In this document: positions 54,265-64,000 of the stretch, piece after piece
How the letters are laid out: each line of letters opens with the position of its first letter
How positions within the stretch are numbered: the stretch's first letter is position 1
NCBI GenBank assembly: GCA_964016885.1
Contig: OZ024743.1
Span: forward strand, 351,106,001-351,170,000
Origin: Eledone cirrhosa
Lineage: Eukaryota
Direction: 5' to 3'
DNA length: 64,000 nt
The notes under the pieces: model-generated
Databases searched by the model: none
Told to the model about the DNA's origin: nothing
What the model saw: the letters and a program-made list of their open reading frames with translations, nothing else
Program-made: the position numbers and the translations under genes

Positions 54265-55099
54265 ATATACCTTCTGAGTTCAAATCACATGGAGGTTAGC
54301 TTCTTTGTCTTTCATACTTACGTGGTCAATAAAATAAAATACCACTAACGAACTGGGGTCAATTTACTCGGCTTTCCCTCTCTCCATCAAATTACTGGCC
54401 TTATGTCAAAAGTAGAAACAATTATTAGGCATTTCAGTGACTCAAGGGCTTCGTGATAATTGAGTTAAACTGATTGTGTCATAGTACAAAATTCTAAGCA
54501 CCAATCTTGGTATTGAGTTCTATTTCTGTTTACAAAACCAAACTTGTGTATCTATATATGTGTGTGTATTTGTGTGTGTGATAGTGCTTGTATGTGTACA
54601 TGTGTCGTTATATCCTTCACGGACGTCTGTCGGTAGGAGATGTAACTATCGGAGAAAAAAAAAAACCTCTGCACCGTGTAACAGACACTCCTTTATCACT
54701 CTCGCTATCAGAAATGTCCAGGGCGAATAATAAAGTCAATTATAAGTTGTATCCAACGACTTAGTTGTTTATAATGCGCGATATTAAAAGAGGTGAGTAA
54801 CAATATCAGTAGATCATAAGGCTAAAATAATTTGAAATATTGAGTTACGTCCCTTTATATTTATTATTCAGTATCTGCTTTTAGGGTCGATAAAGTACTG
54901 CACCAGATTTCATCGACAACACATTGCCACAAAACTTCTTACCATTCGCATATATTATATATATTTATACTAGCATGGTACCCGTCACAATTGACAGGAT
55001 GAATTGTCAAATAATATTTAATTTAATAATTCCTTGATTATAGCATTCAATGTGAAGACACTGAGTTACTCTTGATTTTCCTAATCTTCAATCTGCTAC

Positions 55100-55810
55100 C
55101 TTCTTCTTCTTCTTCTTCTTCTTCTTCTTCTTCTTCTTCTTCTTCTTCTTCTTTTTCGCCTACTTAATCATAGGAACGTCGTGGGGGTAGAGTCCTCAAG
55201 CACACATTCCAGCGCTCCCGTCAGAAACAACCATATCTAACCAGCCAAGCTCATGGGTGTTATCCAACCATCTTGCTCGTGGTCTACCGCTAGATCTCCT
55301 GTCGGTTGGTTTTTGCCCGTAAAATCTATCTAGCGATTCTTTTCTTGGACATTCGAAGCATAAGTCCGAAGTATCGGAGCTGGGATCTCTTAATTCGGAG
55401 AAGTAGCGGCTCTACCTGGAGCGGCTCTCTGATATCCAAGCTGCGCACTCTATCAAGTAACGTTACTCCAAAGACCCTTTGGAGGAACCGCATTTAGGCT
55501 GCTTGTATTCGCGATCGCAATCTTTCATATTCTTTCATAGGTAAGGGTTGGCACGTATACCGAATTGAAGATGGAGAGTTCGGCTTTTACACCTCTCTCC
55601 CTTCTTCTGATTACCGAATGTTGAAGCGGGCGCATTAGTGCAAGAGCGCCTGCAAGTCCTGCACTTAATTCACCCTTCTGCCTTCCATCACTACTTAACA
55701 CGGCCCCGAATTACTTGAACCTACTTTAGTGGAATCCCACTTACATATAGAATAGACTGCGCAGGTTTCCTTGTGAGGAAGAGTGTCTCAGTCTTTGCAA
55801 CACTGATTTG
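55100..55810 (-). mobile_element. Decayed Rex3/RTE LINE 3' fragment with (GAA)n tail
   Basis: RSRIQAA...VEPLLLRI...GRPRARWLD; same family at 58255-58435 and 59060-59490. Confidence 0.8.
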
Positions 55811-56639
55811 GTGGCCAATGAAATAAATCATTACCCTTGAGTTCCTAGTTCATATCCAGTTAGGGTCAACTTTGATTTAATCCTTCCAGGGTCGATCAAA
55901 TAAAGTACTAGTCATGTCTTGGAGTCAATTAAATCGACCAATCCCTCACTCTATTTTCTGATTTTGGCCAAATTTAGAAACAATATATATAGAGAGAGGA
56001 GGAGATTGACTAAAAGAGAGATACAGATAGAAATATCGTGAGTTGAAGGGGAAGTACACATACGCAAACTGAGTGGAGTGGCAAGCAAAGAGCCTGATAG
56101 TGAGGCAAAGAATGCTGGTGCATACGCACATACACACACAAACACATATAAGCGTACATAAACATAGATAAACAAGAAATTGTATGTTGAGACAACAGAA
56201 AATACATATAGCATTTGTACAAAGTTACATTTTCTTTTCTTCATTCTTTTTGACGAATGAAATAAAGTATATGAAAATAAATATTCCTTTTCTCAATGTT
56301 TTTGTTTACTTTTTATTAATCGCTCCTATATGTTAATATGGCGGCGAATTGGCATAGAATGCTTTACGGTATTCGTCCCACCTCATTGCGCGCTCTGAGT
56401 TCAAATCCCGCCGTGGTCAACTTTCCTTTTCATCCTTTCGAAGTCGATGAAAAAAAGTACCATCCATTTCTGGAGTCGATTCTTCCACTATAGAAAAAAA
56501 TCGGTTGTGCTCAGACCTGGAGAGGGTTGGGCTCCACCAGGTTTAAAGGTGCCTCTACCACTCCACTGGGAGTTATGGGATCGTTATATGTTAATACAAT
56601 ATTTGTAGTGTATATTAAATTCATTATTTTTTCAATCTA

Positions 56640-56830
56640 GGGCGGTGGATTGGCAGTATCGGTTGAGGGTCGGGCGCCATGCTTTCCAGCATAGTTACGT
56701 CCCTTTACGATCTGAGTTCAAATCCCGCCGAGGTTGACTTTGCCTTTCATCCTTACGGGGTCGATAAAATAAAGTACCAGTAATGCACTGGGTAATTGCT
56801 GGCCTTGTGCCTAAAGTAGAAACAATTATT
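56640..56830 (+). mobile_element. SINE S1 (short variant), young
   Basis: Near-identical to 37354-37535; TSD ttattttttcaatcta. An older copy lies at 56339-56480. Confidence 0.92.
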
Positions 56831-57074
56831 TTTTCAATCTACGAGGAAAATAGTTACATTTTACATGTTTACATATTTATATACTCATTGTGTATATTTA
56901 TCGTGTAGACGTAATGAATTCATATATTTTTATTTATTAATACATTTAAACGTATTTACTTACCTACTGTTATCCATAGTGGTCAACATGTTACTCGTAT
57001 GACAAGTAACACGCTAAAGTACGTATATTACGTGTCTTCAAAGTTTTTCTGAGCGTGGTTAGTTTTAGAAAATA

Positions 57075-57945
57075 CTAGCAGTGGTACTCGGCGTAGCACG
57101 GGATAAGGTATTTTGGAACGCAAGCCGCCAACAGACCTAATCGTGGAAAAACTGCATGCCTGGACAATATGTAAAGAAAATAAATCGAATACTCTGATGG
57201 CTGGATAATCTTTAAGATTTTCCTTCTAGGGGACCAAGAAAATAAATTGTTTTATGTGCATAATATGCCTTGAAATTTCGGCTAGACGTAACGCCTCCAA
57301 AAAGCCCTAAAAAGCTGAAAAAATGAAGTTTTTCACCTAGGTCATAAAAAAGTTGGATTTTCTTTGCTCACGGTATGAAGAAGAGACTGAATAATACATA
57401 GTTACAATTTCAAGGAAATCAGTCTGACGTAACGCCTAAAAAAAAAACTAAAAAGCTTAAAAAACGCAGTTTTTCACCTAATGCGGAGATAATAGGAGAT
57501 CAAAAAGTTGAATTTTTTTATGTGCATAACACGCCCTGAAACATAAGTAATACACATGTAAAGTTTGAAAAACATCGGTTGGGTACTTCTCGAGTTTTAG
57601 GGATTTAAACTCACAGACACACACACACACACAGACAGACATTCTCAGGAATGTGACGTAATGCAGACAACCAAACATAAAAGACAAATATTATAAGGGC
57701 GCGACGTTATATGCATGTATCTACCTAAAAAGAGAAAGACTAAGAATTATAGAGAGAGATCGCTAAATCGCCTAATGCGGTCCCTAGGGCATTGAAAATA
57801 TGAAATTTTTTTTTATCAGAACACTCCCTGAAACATAAGTATTACATGTGTAAAGTTTGAAAACAGTCAGTTGGGTGGTTCTCGAGTTTTAGGGATTCAA
57901 ACTCACACACACACAGACAAACATCCTCAGTTTTATATCTATAGA
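57075..57945 (-). mobile_element. Non-autonomous Helitron-like element with internal duplications
   Basis: On minus: A|TC start, imperfect subterminal hairpin cccgtgctacgccgag, CTAG|T end, no TSD. Confidence 0.78.
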
Positions 57946-59059
57946 TGAGAAAATTATTATGAATTTTATGACGGATAACATTTCAGTTTTTATAGTAAAT
58001 CATTTTCCAAATTTCCATTCTTTTTATAGATTTTGAAAGATTGTACCTTCATATACACCCCTATCATAAACCACGCTTCATATACACCCCTATCCTGAAA
58101 CATGTATCTGCTGAGATATGTGCGACATGATCACAGCTTAAAATATTCATAGCAAGTCTCTTGAATGTGTATTATGCATAAACAGATCGTGCATACTTTC
58201 ATAAACATCCCTGTTATGAACCACGCTATGTAAGTGCTACTTCCATTATATATAATTCAGCCTCCTGCTTTCCATCACTCGTGAACACGGACCCGAAATA
58301 CTTGAATTTCTCCACCTGCTTCAGTAGAACTCCATTTACATGTAGAGTGCATTGCACAGGCTTGCTTGAAAGGACAAGTATCTCAGTTTTCGCAGTACTA
58401 ATCTTTATTCCAGCCATGCAGCACTCGGCATTAAACTTAACACATTCTAATGAAATATAATTTTCAAATCATTTTAAGAATAATCAAATAATTTGGAGCG
58501 ATTAGCTAATATAACTAAATTTCTCCTTATTATGTTGGTGTTCAGAACATAATTTATGATAATGTGCTAACAAAATATAATAATGGAAATGTTATATTTA
58601 AACCTGAACACATTAAAGCAAACGATTTTTCATCGTAGAACAAGGGGGGATTTCAGGCGGCTTAATTGTATATGTACTATTGAAATATTTAGAACTTTAT
58701 GACAAATGCTATAGGGTTTCTCATATGCAATATAGTAAGTTGAAAAAATTCAATCAACTGAAATTATACATTCATTTAGAAGACACACATTTTTATTTAA
58801 GGTTGTTTCAAATTTGAAAACAACAAGCAATATAGACAACTCCAATAAGATCAGTTGATCAGAATTTTTTTCACAATGAGGATTGGAATTGATCAGGTCT
58901 TTAAAGCTAACTGATGAAAGCAACAGCGAGATTTTGGTTGTGTTAGACCTCCTCAGCGAAGTATATTTTACTCAGTTGGTAACACTAAAAGTGGTCAATA
59001 TATATTGAACTAGAAAGAATTTAGTGAGTTCATGATGAATATCAGTAATATGACTGAGG

Positions 59060-59490
59060 CTTCTTCTTCACTCCCTTATTCCTGAGAGGGACATGGGGAC
59101 AAAGTCCTCAAACACTCCTTCCAGCGGGTCCTGTCAGAAGCAACCGTTTCCAACTGATCCGGCTGCATCCCCAAGCGCGACCAGCCAAACTCATGGTGAT
59201 TATCCAGCCATCGTGCCCGGGGTATACTCCTGGGTCTCTTGCCGGTTGGTTTTGCCCGTAAAATCTGTCTAGCGATTCTTTCCTGAGACATTCTAACCAC
59301 ATGTCCATAGTATTGGAGCTGTGATATCTCTATTCGGAGAAGTAACATCTGTACATGGAGTTACGCACTTTATCGAGTCATTTGTCAATCATTACCCAAG
59401 ATTCATGACCATAGGTAAGGGTTGTCTCGAACACAGAATTGAAAACAGCGAGTTTGGCTTTTACGCCTACCTCCCTTCTTCTGATTACTG
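59060..59490 (-). mobile_element. Rex3/RTE LINE 3' fragment
   Basis: LLLRIEISQLQYYGHVVRMSQERIARQILRAKPTGKRPR; GAA tail. Confidence 0.85.
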
Positions 59491-59946
59491 ATTTTGTTAT
59501 TGTCTCTGGTGACTGAAGCAAATATAGAAATTACCCTAAGTTTATCTTTTTCAAGATTATAAATTACCAGACTGTAAGCTTCTATTTACCTTTAGAGTAT
59601 ATATGGTTTCTATACGTTTCACTTCCCAGCGTCATCTTATATCTTATTTCTGCATATGTAGACGATCCCTGATTGGATTCGTACAGAGATGCTTTATTTC
59701 TAAACAAAGGGTAGTAATGCCTTTTCATAAAAAGATATTAATCCAATCTAAAACCAAGTGCATATCCAGGAGCATAACTGATGACGATCAGTACACGAGC
59801 CGGTCAAAATGTAAAGAGGATTATAAATATTTTTTAACTGTTTGGTCAAGAGGAAGGTGAAATACTCATGGACTTCTCTCTCAGGCCCTTTGAAACTGGT
59901 CAAACTGATATGTTTGCTAATCAGCATCAGTGTCTATGTGCGAATA

Positions 59947-60016
<70 letters not shown>

Positions 60017-60080
60017 GGTGGTGGTGGTGGTGGTAGTAGTAGTAGTAGCAGCAGCAGCAACAGCAGCAGTGGTGGTGGTG

Positions 60081-60122
<42 letters not shown>

Positions 60123-60634
60123 AGACCTCTTTAATACTCTTCTCACCTATGCTTCCATTTGATCTTCCTATGAATAAGCTCTTGTTACTTGTTTTATGGT
60201 CAGGATTCTTTCAAGATATTCCCGATAATTTCATTCTGCATCTGCAAATTTGATTTGCTGACACTTATCACCAGAACAATTTGTCCATTTATCACCTTCA
60301 GTACATAGCTCCTGGTTGATCAGTTTATATAGTTGGGTTTCAATTTCAATTCAAACCGTAATTGTATTTTATGATCTCTAAATGAAGATTTGTTTCCATT
60401 TATAAGGATAATGCAATTTAGGATAATTAAGAATCGCAACAATAAGAGAACAGTATGATTTATGATATATATTATTTCAATATAATACCATTCAAGATAA
60501 ATACAATTTAACATTTTCAAACTTTATATTTATGTTTATTTTGTCTATTTTCTCACGTAATTCATAGCCAAGAACTTCCTTCTTCTCTAGACCAAACTAA
60601 AGTATTCCTTTGGGTAGTATTTTTGCTATAATAA

Positions 60635-60996
60635 TTCTTTCTAAGTCTGTCACATGGCCAACAATTTGAGGAAAGGAGAAAATCGATTATTTAGACCACA
60701 GTACTTTACAGGTACTTTATTTTATCGACTCCGGAAGGATGGAAAACAAAGTTATCTTCAGCGGGATATGAACTCAGAAGGTAGAAAGTCGTAACTAAAA
60801 CCCGCAAAGTATTTTGTCCGACGTTCTTCCGATATTGTCGTTACACCTCCTTTTTTGTTGCTATAATAATTGTTTCTACTATTGGCACAATGCCAGCAAT
60901 TAACCAGTACATTACTGGTACTTTATTTTATCGACCCCGTAAGGATGAAAGGCAAAGTTAACCTCGGCAGGATTTGAACTCAGAATGGCAAGGGCC
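60635..60996 (-). mobile_element. Two S1 SINEs
   Basis: 60635-60850 (old) and 60863-60996. Confidence 0.8.
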
Positions 60997-61670
60997 ATCG
61001 ATAATATACATTAGTCTTATTTTTTTTATCCTCCGTCTCTTTTGATAGTAAAGATGCAGTTGTTCCTATGTGTTAAATTAAATTATAGATAACTGAGTAT
61101 TCTACAGATACGTGTCCCCTTAATATACTTCTCAGGCAGAATCAGCATTATATGGTACATGACAATGATAGGCCTTTGAATTATTAGTAGAATCTATTCG
61201 ACGGTTTACAAACAGTTTCCATCTACACAATTTCATTCTTAACGCTTATGTCAACTCGATGTTATATTGAAAGATTGAAAGACACTTGCCTAATATGCTA
61301 TCCAAAGGAATCGAACCTAGAATTTCATTATCACAACGTGAATTCCAGCCATACCTGAATCCAACTTATATAACAGTATAATTAATGGTACTCTAACTAG
61401 TTGGTAAGAGGGACGAATACGACTTGGGTGTCATAATCACATACTCGGTTTGATCGATATTTATACCATTTCTTTTCAGTTTTCTTGTATACGTATCTTT
61501 GTATTATTCAATAGACATAGTTACCTTCTCGGTTATATCTGTGGGAAGCGGATCAACCGAAAATATAACGGTAGATTATTTCTTCGTAGTACAAAGTAAC
61601 GTATGTAATGTGTGGATCGAGTTATCTCACCCATTGGAAACATTCCAGTGTCGTTATTTATATTTATTAT

Positions 61671-61953
61671 AGGGCAGTGGATTGGCAGTATCAGTAGAGC
61701 GTTGGAGACTATGCTTTACAGCATAGAGTTACGGCCCTTTACGTTATGAGTTCAAATCCCGCCGAGGCTGGCTTTGTCTTTCATCTTTACGGGGTCGATA
61801 AAATGAAGTACCAGTAATGCACTGGGGTTGATTAAATCGACTTTCTCCCCATCCCACAAATTGTTGGCCTTGTGTCTATAGTACAAATCATTATTTATGG
61901 TGGATTGGCAGTATCGGTAGAGGGTCCGACGCCATGCTTTGACGCATAGAGTT
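61671..61953 (+). mobile_element. S1 SINE plus a tandem partial copy
   Basis: Matches the S1 consensus. Confidence 0.88.
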
Positions 61954-62500
61954 TTCCACGGTATCTTTCTTCAACTATCGTTCTCTATTTGTATCTAGTT
62001 GATTCCTTTATGGGTGGGGTGTAAGTATATCACAATTAAATTAGCTTTTAAAATTCTGAACTTAGACAACAGTAGATAGTTTTCTTTGTTGTTGTTGTTG
62101 TTGTTGTTATTGTTGTTGCAGCTATTGTTACTTTGTTGTTGTTATTTTCCTAGCTAGGCTCTTCAAGTCATTTATCATCCAACTGTAGTTTATGACTGAG
62201 ATAGCTAGTATGTTTATAACTATTATCTTATTTCTGGGAATACCTTCTATTTTTTAACTATTAACTCATTAATAATGCTATTCGTGGTGAGTGGAGAAAT
62301 CAGTAAAACCATTGTCGTTTTTTATGTTCTGAATTCAAATACGATTGAGCTCTACTTTGTCTTTCACCCTCCCAATAGAATAATTAACAGTCAACTACTG
62401 ACACCGATAAAATCTTGTATAACCACTCACCAAATTATTATTATCACCAGATCAGTAAATATCAGAACAGGATAAAATACTTTCTACTATTTACTTATTT

Positions 62501-62714
62501 CAGGGCGGTAGATTGGCAGTATCGGTAGAGCGTCAGGTACCATTCTTCGTGGCACTGAGTTACGGCCCTTTACGCTCTGAGTTCAAATCCCGCCGAGGTT
62601 CGCTTTGCCTTTCATCCTTACGGTGTCGATAAAATAAAGCACCAGTAATACGCTGGTTCGATTTTCCCGTTCCCTTCAAATTGCTGGCCTTGTGCCTGAA
62701 GTAGAAACAATTAT
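62501..62714 (+). mobile_element. SINE S1
   Basis: Matches the S1 consensus. Confidence 0.88.
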
Positions 62715-63275
62715 TTACATAGTTTTCTTCACGTTCTGAGTTCAATCTCACCCACAAGGCTCAAGTTTGTTTTCCTTTCTTCTGTGGTTATTAAACTAAT
62801 GCAAATTAAGTATTGATGTCGATCAAATCCTCTGCGCCCTGTCAGCTAAGCCAGCTAATTTGTGACCCAATCACAATTATTATTCTTCAATTTTGTTTTG
62901 TTCCTAGTATTTCGTGGTATCTTTCTGCAAATTCACCATTCTGCTGAACCGAATGGTGAATTTGTGATGAAAAGACTAATCAAAATAAAACAAAATATAA
63001 TTGGCGGAAGAAAAGACCGAAGGTAAAATGAGGAGCATTAGAAAAGTATACAAAATTACAAAGAAAAAAACAATTTTTTTTTTTAAGCAATAATCCACTA
63101 ATTACCGAAATGAAATAAAAGAAAATGCTACTATAAAATATTATAAGCTTGAGATTCGTTTCCACAAATAGCATAAACTTTTTGTTCTTATTTCAAATGG
63201 GGTGCTTTATTGTTTCTTTCGCCTCGTTGTTGTTGTTATTATTGAGTAGGAGGATACTAGAAATCATTATTATGA

Positions 63276-63890
63276 GTCGGTAGAGGGTCGGGCGTCATCT
63301 TTGACGCATTGAGTTACGGTCCTTGCGATTCTGAGTTCAAATCCCGCCGAGGTTAACTTTGTCTTTCACCCTTACTGGGTCGATAAAATAAAGTACCAGT
63401 AATACACTGGGGTAATAGCTGGCTTTGTGCCAAAAGTAGAAACAATTATTATGAGTAGGAGGGCGGTGGATTGGCAGTATCGGTAGAAGGTCGGACGCCA
63501 TGCTTTGCAGCAGCAAAGAGTTACGGCCCTTTATGGTATGAGTTCAAATCTTGCTGAGGTTAACTTTGGCTTTCATCCTTACGGGGTCGATAAAATAAAG
63601 TACCAGTAACATACTGGGGACGATTTAATCGACTTTCCCCTCCCCCCAAAAAAGAAATCGCTGGCCTTTTGCCTATATAAGAAACCATTATAGGGCTGTG
63701 GATTGGCAGTATCGGTAGAGGGTCGGACGCCATGCTTTGCAGCAGAGATTTACGGCTCTTTACGGTCTGATCTGAGTTCAAATCCCGCCGAGGTTAACTC
63801 TGCCTTTCATCCTTACGGGATCGATAAAATAAAGTACCAGTAATACACTGGAATAATTGCTGGCCTTGTGCCAAATAGAAACAATTATTA
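63276..63890 (+). mobile_element. Three head-to-tail S1 SINEs
   Basis: 63276-63451, 63460-63690, 63691-63890. Confidence 0.9.
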
Positions 63891-64000
63891 CTATTGTTGT
63901 TGTTGTTGTTGTTCATGATACTGATGATGGTTTTGTCATTTTCGGTTTTCTTTCAACTAGATTGTTCCTTGAAATAGATTAACTTTTGGAAAGGGTGCAA

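Noticed and set aside
62926-62966. 14-bp perfect hairpin as a pre-miRNA
   Set aside because: Stem too short and no recognisable mature miRNA; probably a small fold-back scar.

Overview
Animal nuclear DNA, AT-rich and saturated with microsatellites. The SINE families suggest an octopod cephalopod (inference from recognising the repeats). I found no supportable host protein-coding exon; nearly all listed ORFs are microsatellite artefacts. The window is made of mobile-element remnants: about 25 copies of one tRNA-derived SINE, other SINEs, two tandem Tx1/L1-like LINEs in (GATA)n, an R4/Dong-like fragment in (TACA)n, CRE and RTE fragments (one with a 5' inversion and a TSD), non-autonomous Helitrons and MITEs. 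The main signal is a dense set of Penelope-like element (PLE) remnants in (TA)n tracts. One truncated copy (31123-33463) keeps RT and GIY-YIG remnants with inverted pseudo-LTRs. About 11 distinct pLTR families (my labels A-L) carry type I hammerhead ribozyme (HHR) folds, found by manual base-pairing. Three families have non-canonical cores shared between copies (U3-A8, A4, A12). Many copies fold back or truncate inside the ribozyme, and one copy begins at the predicted self-cleavage site. All folds and family assignments were made by eye and need computational and experimental confirmation.
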